Source: Meyerozyma guilliermondii (lineage: Eukaryota). From it: a stretch of 64,000 nucleotides of DNA. Made by a program: the position numbers and the translations under genes. Positions 1-10,998 of the stretch are shown here, one piece after another. The stretch spans positions 992,001 to 1,056,000 of the forward strand of contig CP128819.1 of NCBI GenBank assembly GCA_051546255.1, in the 5' to 3' direction. Within the stretch, counting starts at the first letter, position 1; each line of letters begins with the position of its first letter. The notes under the pieces were generated by a model that saw nothing but the letters and a program-made list of their open reading frames with translations, ran no database searches and was not told the DNA's origin.

Positions 1-3000
1 AGCTGTATATCTGTCGACACTCGAATTTGGGAACCTGCCAAATGGAGAAATCCGACTCTTGATCTCCCGCAACCATGGCAAAGTATTCCTCACCATCTCT
101 CCCGTAATCGGTAAGTGCCAGTAAGATTTTGATGGGAAACCTCGTTCCGAGCTCACTGCTCTCGTCAATATCGAAATCCATGTCAAGTCGCCAGGTTCGA
201 ACTTCAATGTGAAACCGAAGATCCCATAGACTGAGTATACCCATACTTGTTCCACAAATGAGCCACGAATGATCCGAGCCAACTAAGAACGTATTGATGG
301 CTCCATATTTCAACTTGCTTTGTAGTTCGTACTGCTTTTCCATTTTGATCACATCAAACCCAATGAATTTGGCCATTGTAGTCGAAGCAATGAGAAGATC
401 TCCTTCGCCATTTCCAATCTCTAGTTGTGTAACATACCCATCGGCGGTCAAGTCGAGCTCATAGCTTCGGATCTGCTTCAACCCGTGGTACCTGATAGCC
501 TTCTTGTTACCACGAACAACCTCAATTCGAAAGATTAAAACTCGCCCATCTATCGTGGAAACGGCTATGACGTTGCGATTGGGTAAAAACTTGATTGAAG
601 TTATCAGCGAGCCGATTTTGGTCAAAAGTGACGAGCTTCGAACCGAAACCTCCTTCTCGAGTTTTGATGTATCCCAGACTCTTAGCAAACCAGAGTCGCT
701 GCCGGTGACGAAAAAATCAGACCTAGGACTCACTTCCAAGCACCGGATAGCATCGATTGAGCCCAAGCTGGACTGTGAGTTTATATGTGACAAAAGTAGT
801 CCACCGAAGTCCCAGTCTTCGTCGCTGATGGTTTCGGCGGATTTCTTAACAACCTTGCCAAATTCAGGAAAGCTGTTCATGGTGGGAGTGATTTCAACTC
901 CGTTCAAAAACTTCAAAACGTTGGGGTTCTGACCGTTATAACTGTGCTTGACATTGGCCGTGATAATCTTCTGCTTGTTAATATTTAAGACATGGTGACT
1001 GCTAGTCGTTTCCTTGGTCGAGTGTAGGTGATGGTGGTGGCCAGCACTCTTCGAATCACCGCCTACTTCAATCTCTCCGTAAACGTTGGCCTGAACGGTT
1101 TCTAACGACGCTTTAACCGTCTTGAAGTTGGGGAGAATCAAAGAATTCGAGTCCCGTCGAGCCAGATCCTTTAGTTTTTTCCCATTCATGTCCATGTCGA
1201 AAGAGTCACTTCTGGTTTCCATTCGGTTGCTTTCAGCTACTTGCTCGGTTTTGTAACACACCTCAAAGAAGACATTGTGTGGGGTGATGTTCACCTTACT
1301 GTAGTCGTACTGTTTTCTATTCGATGTGGAATAGTTGAAGCGGCTAACATGATAGACATATTCTCGCACAGCAAGAACCTTCCATGAATCTCGCTCGTCG
1401 AGTCCAGTCGCCTTGAGCTTGAGTAGCCACTGCTTATCTTCTGCTGATAACGGAAGGGAGTTTCTGATCGCCATAGGATCGTCGTGTCCAGACTTGGGAA
1501 CATAAACTGATTTTGATGAGGGTTTGACAAAAGGTATACTTGTCTTTGATATCCTATTACCATAAGCGCCGGTCAATTGTGAAAAAGTTCGTTGCTGCCA
1601 GAATAAAGATTTGGCAGTAGCATTTAACGACCATGTAATGATCAAATCAAACACTTGTTTGCTAAGTGGTTTCACGAGGCAAGGGTATAGGGTATCCCAG
1701 GAAATTTCTGCTAGATCAAACGAAAGATATTCTTTGATAATTGGGTACAAAAAAGTATACCTGTCGGCATACAGTAGGTTATCGCTGATTGCAAGTACTA
1801 ACGACAAGACCGATTGTCGAATCCACTCATTGGGATGAAGTAACAAGATTATCGAGCTGGTGAGCATCTCCTTGTATATCGAAAGAGAGTTGAAATCGGC
1901 TTTTGGATTGACAACTCTGGCTCTGACAAACTTCGAAAAGATTTCTAGTACTTTGATCACCACCAATTGCTCAGAGTCTCCCAAAGTTTGAACAAGAAGT
2001 GGTAGCAAGTACTGATGAAACGTAATAACTCCCAAGAACGGACCCACTTCTAAAATGGACCCTAGAAAAGCCAAACGTAAATCTTCGCTAGGATCATTGA
2101 GGAAGGTTATCAAGTGCGGTAGTATAATATCGTTGGATTTGGCAGCTCCAAAGAACTGGCACATTGGAAAGATGCTGCGGACAAAGGCAATCTTGACATG
2201 GGCAGATGAATCGGTTAGGAGCTGCAACGCCAATGCTTCGAAATCGTTGTCTAGTTGAGATTTTGGAAACACTAGATTATTATTCATTTGAGCTTCGGCA
2301 GGAAAGTATTGGCTAGTCTTTTTCATCGAGTTGCTTTTGAAGTTCTTGGCCATCATCCAGAACTTTCTCGATGTGCTTGCTAGGATCGGCAAACATGAAG
2401 CTAATGTGATCCGAATGAGACAATGTTCCAGCTTCGAATTGCTGGAGCTGAGCAAGCTAGAAAGCTTTGGCAACAAGTATTCTGGAAACATGTGCAAATC
2501 TATGGGGGGAATCGCCGAACACGACTGTAATATTGTTGTGATCGAGACAAGCGTTTTGCATACTACTTTAGCGGCAAAGTTATCGATGTTCGATTTGGGA
2601 ACGGCTTCCTCGATACGTTGAGAAGAAGTTGAATTTACTCGATCGATGAATTCGTCGATGAAACTGCAAAGGTATGGGATTGAGCAGTCAAGCTTACACT
2701 CATCGCTGACTCGCTCGGAAAGAGCCACGACAATTTCACACGCCTTTAATTTGGATTCTGGTTGCTTCAAGGTTCTCATCAACGAAAACACCAACTTGAG
2801 AATAATAATGGCACCATGGTCGGGAGTATCAATGGCGCTGCTAGGTTTAATTTTGTAGTTTTGGGGTACACCAGGAAGAGAAAGACGTAGTGGCGCCATG
2901 TCGTTTGATGGGTGGTAATCGTAAGGTTTTTCGTCATAGTTGAACGCCAACGACGACGTTATTTTTTCAAAGTTATCGTAGATTTCAGTAATCTTCAAGT

Positions 3001-4036
3001 CGCTGATGGTGACGTTGTCGTTGGGCTTATAATCTTTGTGATTGTTCAAGTTCATGCGAGCCATAAAGTCGTAAAGGAAGTCGTAAAAGTAAGAGGGAAA
3101 CCCCGAAGCTCGGTTATCTTGTAATATTGAATAGGCCAGAGGTCTATTTTCAGGCTCCTTGTCCACTAGATTGCTAACAATCTTTCTCACCAGTGGATCG
3201 GAGAGGCCAGAAAAATTCGGTCGATAAGAATTCTTCAAATACTGGAACATTTGCGATAGAGTAAATGTTGGTTCGCCATCATTATACAACTCGGCAATCA
3301 GACACCCCAATGCAAAAAGGTCCATTGCATCGGTTACCATATCCTTGCCGCAATACTCTCCTTCATCATTGATATTGGACACTTTTTTGTGATTGCTCAG
3401 AGCGTAGAATCTTTCCGGAGCCAAGTAACATACTCTGCGTCCATTGGTATCAAAATAGAACGAAAATTGGTTTGGGTTATCCTCAGGAATGAAGGTTGGT
3501 TTTATGTTGCCGGAAAAGTCCGAAAGTGCTATCCAATTGCAAGACGATACAAGCACATTTTCCAACTTGATATCTCCATGATGAAGGTGAAGAGTATCAT
3601 GTAAATAGTGGACGGCCCTAAGCAACTGAAATGTGATGAAGAGCTTTTCTATCGGCTCCAAAAAAGGTCGAATTGACAATCTATCGTATAAATTCGTCTT
3701 CATAAACTGTCGTATCAAGTAACCAGCACGATCAGTCTCAATTATTTTGTGCCAAGGAAGAACATTGTGGGCTCCAGCTAGCAAGGAAGCTTCTTTAGCA
3801 GTCAATTCGGAGATCTTTCCGAGGTTGATATTGTAATTTGACGTAGTTAAGGATGGTTTTATGAACACCTTGATGACCACCAATTGGCCAGTGGCGATGT
3901 CAATTGCCCTGATAGTCTTGAGAAAACGAGAATTATTGACCATATCCACATAGCGCCAGTCTCCTAGAACATCTATGTACGAAGATATGGCGACGGTGGG
4001 AGCCGAAGGCGCCAATAACGACAAACGTGCTCCCAT
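1..4036 (-). CDS. VPS15: Vps15 PI3K regulatory (pseudo)kinase, 3' end outside the window
   Basis: Minus-strand ATG at 4036 reads MGARLSLLAPSAPTVAISSYIDVL...NNSRFLKTIRA (myristoylation Gly, kinase N-lobe). HGDIKLEN and HEAT/WD40-like segments follow. Absent from the ORF track because no stop falls in the window. Confidence 0.93.
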   Translation of the reverse strand, partial: MGARLSLLAPSAPTVAISSYIDVLGDWRYVDMVNNSRFLKTIRAIDIATGQLVVIKVFIKPSLTTSNYNINLGKISELTAKEASLLAGAHNVLPWHKIIETDRAGYLIRQFMKTNLYDRLSIRPFLEPIEKLFITFQLLRAVHYLHDTLHLHHGDIKLENVLVSSCNWIALSDFSGNIKPTFIPEDNPNQFSFYFDTNGRRVCYLAPERFYALSNHKKVSNINDEGEYCGKDMVTDAMDLFALGCLIAELYNDGEPTFTLSQMFQYLKNSYRPNFSGLSDPLVRKIVSNLVDKEPENRPLAYSILQDNRASGFPSYFYDFLYDFMARMNLNNHKDYKPNDNVTISDLKITEIYDNFEKITSSLAFNYDEKPYDYHPSNDMAPLRLSLPGVPQNYKIKPSSAIDTPDHGAIIILKLVFSLMRTLKQPESKLKACEIVVALSERVSDECKLDCSIPYLCSFIDEFIDRVNSTSSQRIEEAVPKSNIDNFAAKVVCKTLVSITTILQSCSAIPPIDLHMFPEYLLPKLSSLLSSSNSKLEHCLIRITLASCLPILASTSRKFWMMAKNFKSNSMKKTSQYFPAEAQMNNNLVFPKSQLDNDFEALALQLLTDSSAHVKIAFVRSIFPMCQFFGAAKSNDIILPHLITFLNDPSEDLRLAFLGSILEVGPFLGVITFHQYLLPLLVQTLGDSEQLVVIKVLEIFSKFVRARVVNPKADFNSLSIYKEMLTSSIILLLHPNEWIRQSVLSLVLAISDNLLYADRYTFLYPIIKEYLSFDLAEISWDTLYPCLVKPLSKQVFDLIITWSLNATAKSLFWQQRTFSQLTGAYGNRISKTSIPFVKPSSKSVYVPKSGHDDPMAIRNSLPLSAEDKQWLLKLKATGLDERDSWKVLAVREYVYHVSRFNYSTSNRKQYDYSKVNITPHNVFFEVCYKTEQVAESNRMETRSDSFDMDMNGKKLKDLARRDSNSLILPNFKTVKASLETVQANVYGEIEVGGDSKSAGHHHHLHSTKETTSSHHVLNINKQKIITANVKHSYNGQNPNVLKFLNGVEITPTMNSFPEFGKVVKKSAETISDEDWDFGGLLLSHINSQSSLGSIDAIRCLEVSPRSDFFVTGSDSGLLRVWDTSKLEKEVSVRSSSLLTKIGSLITSIKFLPNRNVIAVSTIDGRVLIFRIEVVRGNKKAIRYHGLKQIRSYELDLTADGYVTQLEIGNGEGDLLIASTTMAKFIGFDVIKMEKQYELQSKLKYGAINTFLVGSDHSWLICGTSMGILSLWDLRFHIEVRTWRLDMDFDIDESSELGTRFPIKILLALTDYGRDGEEYFAMVAGDQESDFSIWQVPKFECRQIYS

Positions 4037-4161
4037 ACTAGTGATATCAATGAGAAGTAAAATGCGCGGCTGTCCTGCGTTTTAGCTACACCTTGGTAGG
4101 CTACATTCTTCTCTCTACGTCATGACATTACTAAATTAAATCGATTGAGTATACATTTAAC

Positions 4162-4833
4162 TTAGTTGACCAAAGCAGAAGCAGTGGCAGATTCGTACTT
4201 CCAGTTAGGAGGCAACACAGCGACAGTTCTGTAGTATCTGGCCAATCTGTGGATTCTGGATTCGATCAAAATCAATCTGAACTTGGAGTCCTTGTCCTTT
4301 CTGTTTCTCTCCAAGTGCTTTCTGACAGATACAGCCTTCTTGATCAAGTAGTACAAGTCTTCAGGGATCTCTGGAGCCAAACCGTTGGACTTCAAGATTC
4401 TCAAGATCTTGTTACCAGTGACAATTTTGGACTGAGAAACTCCGTGAGCATCTCTCAAGATAACACCGATTTGAGAAGGAGTCAAACCCTTTCTGGCGTA
4501 CTTGATGACTTGCTCAACGACGTCATCGGCCGACAACTTGAACCAAGCTGGGGCGTTTCTCGAGTAAGGAGTAGCGGAGGAAGAAATTCCTTTTCCCTGA
4601 AGTTAGTAGGTGTCTACAAGGGCAGCAACATCATCTGTGTGACGCTGAAGCTGGATCCCAAAAATTTTAAATGGTGGAGTTGAAGCATCAATAAAAGAGC
4701 GTACCAGTCGGATATAAAAAACGACATGCTCTTGAAAAGACCAACAACTGATGTGCCCACCATTATCACAGTGCTAGTAGCATAGCTTTAAGCACCGCAA
4801 CGGCATACATACATTAGAATGCATACGACCCAT
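4162..4833 (-). CDS. RPS13: 40S ribosomal protein uS15/S13, 2 exons (4833-4813, 4596-4162)
   Basis: Exon 1 MGRMHSN; intron 4812-4597 (GTATGT...TACTAACTTCAG); exon 2 [13 protein letters not shown]...[12 protein letters not shown]. Confidence 0.97.
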
Positions 4834-4922
4834 GGCGGCTGATTATTTGATGAAGAGAAAACTGAAAAATTTTCGCGAGTTGAAGTTTGTGCGAGAAGGT
4901 CGGGTAAGCGGTGTGTGCAGGA

Positions 4923-4931
4923 TTAGGGCTA
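4923..4931 (+). promoter_or_regulatory. Tbf1-type site TTAGGGCTA upstream of RPS13
   Basis: Exact TTAGGGCTA about 90 bp upstream of the RPS13 ATG. Tbf1 with Cbf1 drives ribosomal protein genes in Candida albicans. Confidence 0.65.
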
Positions 4932-5232
4932 GGACATCAAGGTGATGAGGGAGAAGATAGTACGAAAGACGGCTAAAAGAAGATCGAAAGGAAGAGGGCT
5001 GAAAGCAGGTTGAAAGAAGGTTGAGAGGAGACTGAAAGAAAAGGAAGAATGTCGTAATAAGGTAACAGTAGTGTTTAACTCATTTGAGCTTTCGGTCACT
5101 GATTCCAGCGATTTTTGGTTCTGTTTATTAGTTCGTTTGATCGTTTATTCTTGTAGCTGAACCATCTGTTCAATCGTCTTTGCTAATCTTTTATTGTGAC
5201 AGTTGTGTGCGGGTTTGTCTTATCTGCAGTAC

Positions 5233-5729
5233 CTATTTCGTCAAAAGGTCTTCAAAGTCATCGAATTCGTCCTCCTCCTCTATTTCCAAAAGTCTGTGTT
5301 AGTTGTTTCCATTGTGTTTCTGTTTATACTTACTGTGAGACACCCGCTTTATCGCGCATCATTTCTACGGCACCAGCGTACAACATGCGGCTTTCCTGAC
5401 CAGAAGTACGAGGCCTCCAGTACACCAATACCAAGGGAGTTTTCAATCTGCCATCACTCGTTTTCAATGGATACGAAACGACTATATAGCGAGGAGTGTT
5501 GTCAGGCAAGTCCTCGGCGAGTTCCTGTACAGAAGTGTAAATTTCATCGGAGTCTTTTTTAATTTCGTAAGTTTGTTTGTCAATCACATATATGATTGCC
5601 TGCATCAGAGAGACCCTTGAGCTTCCAAATCGAAACTTGCGAAGCTCCGATAATGTCTCTGACGAAAACTCGTACAACGAAGGCTAAAAGTTAGACAATT
5701 TCATGGGGGTACACCGGTGTACTTACCAT
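5233..5729 (-). CDS. AIM7: Glia maturation factor (ADF-H family), 3 exons (5729-5727, 5683-5334, 5293-5233)
   Basis: ATG-only exon 1, then a 43-nt intron (GTAAGT...CTAACTTTTAG). Core has ELAEDLPDNTPRY and MLYAGA. A 40-nt intron (GTAAGT...ACTAACACAG) leads to the last exon LLEIEEEDEFDDFEDLLTK*. Confidence 0.9.
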
Positions 5730-5910
5730 CAGAATGAACAAAGTATCTGCAGTACGCCAAATTTCGAATTCGAAATTCGCGATAGTGCGCCTCGGTGCAC
5801 CATTGTGGGGCCGTGTGCAGTCGGCACCTAAACAGTAAAATCAAAACATCGGGGCATCGAAGCTGGAATCCTACAACTTTGTTGTTTCATAAGAGCACCA
5901 AATTACAATC

Positions 5911-7719
5911 ATGCCTCGCAACAGGGTGAATGTGCCATTGGTGGAGTTCTTGAGAAGTAAGTATAGGAGTGATTGTGTTCCAGAATTGCATTGTCATTTG
6001 CAGCCATCGTTTGTGATAGAGATATAAATTCGGTAGTTTTTATGATTTTTGAAGAATTTCTCGAGTTGATTTTCGTATCTATTGATCTCTACTAACCCAG
6101 ACCGTATCTATCTTGGCGCCTATGATTATGCTCCGCCAGATACAAAAGATCTAGTATACTTTACTGTGGAAGATGCTCTTCCGTATAACTCATTTCATCT
6201 CGATTTCGGACCTCTTCATATTGGTAGCCTTTATCGGTTTGCCGTGGTGCTTCACAACATTCTTAATGAAGATTGCAATCAGGGTAAAGCCATAGTATTT
6301 TACAGCTCTACTGGTCCCAAAGAAAGATCTAATGCCGCCTGTCTTTTATGCTGCTACATGGTATTGGTTCAGCTGTGGTCTCCCCACCAGGTTCTTCAGC
6401 CTATTGCGCAAATTGATCCGCCTTTCCAAGGGTTTCGTGACGCCGGCTACTCAAACGCAGATTTTGAGATCACCATCCAAGACATTGTCTATGCCATGTG
6501 GAGAGCCAAGGAAAGAGGCATGGTGGACCTCACCACATTCAACTTGGAGGAGTACGAGCAGTACGAGCGTGTGGACCAGGGGGACTTCAATGTCATATCC
6601 AAAGACTTTATTGCATTTGCATCGCCCCAGAGCCGTAAAGGTCTAAACGAACCGTTCAAAAAAGTACTCAATTTTTTCCTCGCCAACGATGTCCAGCTCG
6701 TTGTCCGACTCAATTCTCATCTCTACGACGCTGCCGAGTTCACCCGTCGTGGCATCCAGCACATCGACATGATCTTTGACGATGGCACCTGTCCCACGTT
6801 GGAATATGTCCAGAAGTTCATCGGGGCTGCCGAAACCGTTATTCACAACGGAGGCAAGATTGCGGTCCACTGTAAGGCTGGCCTTGGCCGCACCGGGTGT
6901 CTTATCGGAGCCCATCTTATTTATACTCACGGGTTCACCGCCAACGAGTGTATAGCCTATATGCGGATGATTCGTCCGGGAATGGTGGTGGGTCCCCAGC
7001 AACATTGGCTTTATCTTCACCAAAATGCGTTCAGAGACTGGCGCCATACCATGTGCTTGGACAATCGTCCTGACGCTTTTATTGGAGGTCTCTTTCCCTT
7101 GACATCTTACGACGAATTTAAGGCACGAATGAAAAGCGAAAGAAAGAAACAGCAGCGACTCCAAACAGCGCCCAACTCGTCGTTCGTGGCCGACTCGTCG
7201 TTCAACACCCCAGTTCGCCGAAGAAAAATCTCCGGTGCTCTCACCGCCAAGATTCAAACTGCTGTACCGCAAGAGCTGCCAGGGCAACCACGTAAATATC
7301 GAGAAAATCGGGACGAATATCCCACCCATGTCAATAACTCAGACGAAGAAAACGATATGGTGGATGTGCGGTCGCAGAACCAGACGTTTGCAGACACCGA
7401 GGTTGACGACGAGATCAACAATTCTGACGGAGTGGTGTTGTATAACAAGGATACCTCGTCACCACGACGGGAAGCCTCCAGTGACTGGAAAGTACTTCGT
7501 TCCATTTCTGTCAATAGCCAGCAGCTGCCGGTGCTGCTCACGAAAACCACAACCACCACCACAACGAGAACCGTCAGCACCACGCTTTCGTCGTCACCTT
7601 CGTCGCCCGGAAGTAAGACCCCCAAGACTCGTAGTGTGTCTCGAGTAGGTGCTACGCCCAAGCCGAGAATACCATCAGGCGGCGTAAGAAAGGTCAGCGG
7701 AGGGAAAAAGATTGCGTGA
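5911..7719 (+). CDS. CDC14: Cdc14 dual-specificity phosphatase, 2 exons (5911-5956, 6101-7719)
   Basis: Exon 1 MPRNRVNVPLVEFLR; intron 5957-6100 (GTAAGT...TACTAACCCAG); catalytic HCKAGLGRTG motif. Confidence 0.96.
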
Positions 7720-7756
7720 TGAAGAGCTGTTAATGAAAGTGTAGATTATATCGATT

Positions 7757-8275
7757 TTATTCTTGTTCCTCGTAGGCGGCTTCCACAACCTGGAAGTCCG
7801 GGTCGTCTACGTATTTGAACGCTACTATATCATAGTCAGTAAACGTAACCCCAGCCAACGTGCCCTCGTCGACTTCAATCCAGTTGTTGTCGTAGGGCGC
7901 AGACTTGTCCTTGGGTAGAGCAATGCTCAAACCGTCGATTTCAACATTTATTCCAGTTTCAGGTTTTTCACCCAATTCATCAGTAAACTCAGATTTCGGT
8001 ATTTCTATGTCTTCTTCATCTTTAATCATCTCTTCATCTTGAGCCGTGTCATCGCCTTCGTCCTCAGGCTTGAGTCCGCCACTTTCGTTGATAATGTGGA
8101 CCAACAGTTCTTTGATCAAATTGTAAGTCGACTTTGTAGGAGCCAATGGAAGAGTAAGGATATAGGTTGTTTTGGCTCGTTTGAGCTTCAATATGGTCAC
8201 ATCTGCGGTTTTCTTTTGTTTTGGAGGCTGGGTTAGTATTTTGGGGGAATTGATTGCAGAATCAATTGCACACAT
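7757..8275 (-). CDS. Hypothetical protein, 172 aa, acidic middle region
   Basis: ATG-initiated ORF that fills the gap between CDC14 and the divergent gene. Family not recognised. Confidence 0.7.
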   Translation of the reverse strand: MCAIDSAINSPKILTQPPKQKKTADVTILKLKRAKTTYILTLPLAPTKSTYNLIKELLVHIINESGGLKPEDEGDDTAQDEEMIKDEEDIEIPKSEFTDELGEKPETGINVEIDGLSIALPKDKSAPYDNNWIEVDEGTLAGVTFTDYDIVAFKYVDDPDFQVVEAAYEEQE

Positions 8276-8372
8276 ACCATTGAAGTTGAGTAGATTAATC
8301 TTGAATTTCGCAGCTTCGCGAATTTATCGCGGCTCGATTTTCATCTACTTTCTTTCTTCGACTCACTCATGG

Positions 8373-9971
8373 ATGGCACTCCTTGGTTCAAGACATCGCC
8401 ACGCCACCGTTCTGCTATATAGATCGATTCTTCGTGGCGCTTCTCGCTTGAAGAAGACTTCCCTTCCTGAGTTCATATCCAATGGAGAAATTGAGCATGA
8501 ATTGCAAAAAATGAAAATCGATCCAAAATTGTACTTGCAATATTTGAGCCTGGAAGTGAAGTATACTGCTCAGGACGAGTTTCGTGCTCGCGAGCGCAAG
8601 GCTTCCGCTTCCAGTTTGCGCAACAAGATAGAAAGTGCTTCGGTTATCAGTGAACAATTGAAGCTGGTGAATCAGTCCAATGGAGACAAAAAAGCATGGA
8701 AAACCTTCTTGGAACTTTTGATTGCACATAGAAAGAAAGCTTTCCGCGAACAGGAGTGGAGGGTAGAGAACATAGAAAGGAGAGATGAGCTTAGGGCGGC
8801 GGATCCAGCATTTACATCCCGATGGATGCGGAAGAGAAGAGCTCGGGAATCTGCTCGCATATCAGCTCGAAAAGCAAGGGAAAAGAAAGAAAACAGTAAC
8901 AAACCAAAACTTCTGAAAGACGACAGGTATTCTTCACACTTGTTACGACGATATCTCAAAACACTTCAGCTTCGAAAAGATATTCCACTTCCACACCTTT
9001 TACCATATACACCCATTGACCACCAGTATACTACAAATACTCCCTCAGCATCGATAATAATTCCAGGTTCTACCAAAAAAAGCGCCATTACCGCTGCGTA
9101 TGACTCTGAATATATTGAAAGCATAGTTATACCTGGCTTGGAGTACGATATTAACCAGCACCATTACTTGGAAGATCTTCGTAAAATCGTCGAAGAAAGA
9201 GGTCCGTTCAAAGTCAAGATCAATTATACCGGTGCTGGACTCATGTCAATGCCATATATTCGAATGCCGTATCGCCGTCTGACGGCTATGAAAAATATTG
9301 CCATGGATATCAAGAAGCTGATGTTGGCACTGCGGATCAACAGTATTTGGAAAATAGCCGACTCGAAGTTGCCGACGCTGGAGGTGAAGCTCAAGGATGG
9401 GAGCTATGCTGTCAAAGGCTGCAATGGGTTTGGCGAGGAAGAAAGGATGTTTCCTAGAGATTACTATTTCAATCTTGCAATTTGGGAAGATTTCTATGAG
9501 CATTCATTAGCGGAGAAAATCAGAAAACAAACCAAAAACGACTCAGAGCACGAACAAGAACAACGACCCGAAGATAAGATTTTGTGGACCACTTTTATAG
9601 AGGATACAAATGTCGCTCTTCGGGAAGAAGTCAATTCATTCTTTCAAAAGTACCGGTACTTGAAGTCGAAATCCTCGCCTCTTCTAAGAATCCAACAAGT
9701 GCTCCAGAAAAAGCAGCTCAAGCACTATGATAGCCAGGTTCAAAATTTCGCAGCCATTATTGAGCTGCTCAACAGAGACAGGGTTTTCAAGCACCTGGAA
9801 CTTGTAAACTCAAGAGAGGTCAAAACCGCCTACAAAGATTACAACGGTCAAGACGGGGTTCCACACATTGAAAGGGTTGGTATGGGCATGCAATTGGCTG
9901 ATTATCTCCAAGAAAAAGGATACCGGTTTTTCAAGTGGGGCATGAAGTTCGACAAGCGGTTCAAATTTTAG
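8373..9971 (+). CDS. RRG1: Probable mitochondrial Rrg1-like protein with N-terminal LYR-type motif
   Basis: First ATG at 8373; HRHATVLLYRSILR resembles the Rrg1 N-terminus. Neighbours AIM7, RPS13 and RTR match the S. cerevisiae AIM7-RPS13-RRG1-RTR2 block. Confidence 0.6.
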   Translation: MALLGSRHRHATVLLYRSILRGASRLKKTSLPEFISNGEIEHELQKMKIDPKLYLQYLSLEVKYTAQDEFRARERKASASSLRNKIESASVISEQLKLVNQSNGDKKAWKTFLELLIAHRKKAFREQEWRVENIERRDELRAADPAFTSRWMRKRRARESARISARKAREKKENSNKPKLLKDDRYSSHLLRRYLKTLQLRKDIPLPHLLPYTPIDHQYTTNTPSASIIIPGSTKKSAITAAYDSEYIESIVIPGLEYDINQHHYLEDLRKIVEERGPFKVKINYTGAGLMSMPYIRMPYRRLTAMKNIAMDIKKLMLALRINSIWKIADSKLPTLEVKLKDGSYAVKGCNGFGEEERMFPRDYYFNLAIWEDFYEHSLAEKIRKQTKNDSEHEQEQRPEDKILWTTFIEDTNVALREEVNSFFQKYRYLKSKSSPLLRIQQVLQKKQLKHYDSQVQNFAAIIELLNRDRVFKHLELVNSREVKTAYKDYNGQDGVPHIERVGMGMQLADYLQEKGYRFFKWGMKFDKRFKF

Positions 9972-10001
9972 AGAAATAGATATAAATCGTGAATCATGCT
10001 G

Positions 10002-10841
10002 TTAGACTACGTAGCCTCCAAAGCTCTTGTTGGACGTTACATATCCGTCAATGCTTCGGGATAGATTGTTATTGAATGGTGCTTGAGAGTCATTATCGAC
10101 ATCTTCCTCGTCTTCTTCGTCCACAATGGCGCTGTCTCCGTCGAGCCCACCCTCCTTCTCCACGATATCAAAGTCCTCGAGAAGCTGGATCAAATTCGAA
10201 GTGTCCTTATTGTCGTTATCTGCAATATGCATGCCGTTCATCATCGTTATCACATCACTGAGAGTCTTTCCCAGACCCCTAAGTTCCTCATGTTTCTGGA
10301 GAACCTCCTCCAAGAGCTTGATTCCGTTCTCGTACCATTGCGGAGGGGCAGACGGAGAAAATGGCGGGGTGGTGAGAATGTGTTCTCTGGCAAAGAGGGC
10401 CTCTTCTTTGAGCTGGTTGCGATAGAAAAGTGAGGCTTGGTAGTGTTCCTTGCAACAAAACTGGCTCAGAAACGTATTGGGAAGGATTATTGACGGTTTT
10501 CTATTGTATATCTGAAACTTTGTGGTGGCTTGAGGATCTCCATTGGCGGTAGTTGTGCCGTTACTATTGGCAGATAAACGCCGAACTTGTCTTTTTGGTG
10601 ACTGGTCACATACTATGTAGCCACACTCGTGCTCGATGTTCCGTTCCTCGATCAACTCGTCGTAGCTTTGCGGAGTGAGAAATCTACTCAAAAATTTAAG
10701 AAGATTATAGTCGACGTTGTGGTCGAGCATGAGCTCAGTGATCATCAAAGTAAGCTTGGAAGCATCTCCAGGAGACAAAAGAGTGCCTGAGGCATAGCTG
10801 GCCACCTGGGGCGCAAAATCAGCAATCGAAAGCTGTTTCAT
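10002..10841 (-). CDS. RTR1: Rtr1/RPAP2 RNA polymerase II CTD phosphatase
   Basis: YDELIEERNIEHECGYIVC...FCCKEHYQAS zinc-binding signature. Confidence 0.9.
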   Translation of the reverse strand: MKQLSIADFAPQVASYASGTLLSPGDASKLTLMITELMLDHNVDYNLLKFLSRFLTPQSYDELIEERNIEHECGYIVCDQSPKRQVRRLSANSNGTTTANGDPQATTKFQIYNRKPSIILPNTFLSQFCCKEHYQASLFYRNQLKEEALFAREHILTTPPFSPSAPPQWYENGIKLLEEVLQKHEELRGLGKTLSDVITMMNGMHIADNDNKDTSNLIQLLEDFDIVEKEGGLDGDSAIVDEEDEEDVDNDSQAPFNNNLSRSIDGYVTSNKSFGGYVV

Positions 10842-10998
10842 TTCGGTTCATTGGGGTAAATAATTGGGTTGTGTTCAGACTGGATCTCGTTGGTGTATTG
10901 CTGTCCCGCGATTTCTTGATCGTTCCTGTATGGTGCCAAGCGGTGCAGTGAGGTGCCAAATCCAAATCTCTTCTTTTTGTCCACCAATTTGGATCTTC

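Noticed and set aside
504..3604. Short ORFs in the first 4 kb
   Set aside because: They lie antisense or out of frame within VPS15.
5709..5722. GTACACCGGTGTAC palindrome in AIM7 intron 1, resembling the telomere core
   Set aside because: A single 14-bp occurrence with no supporting context.
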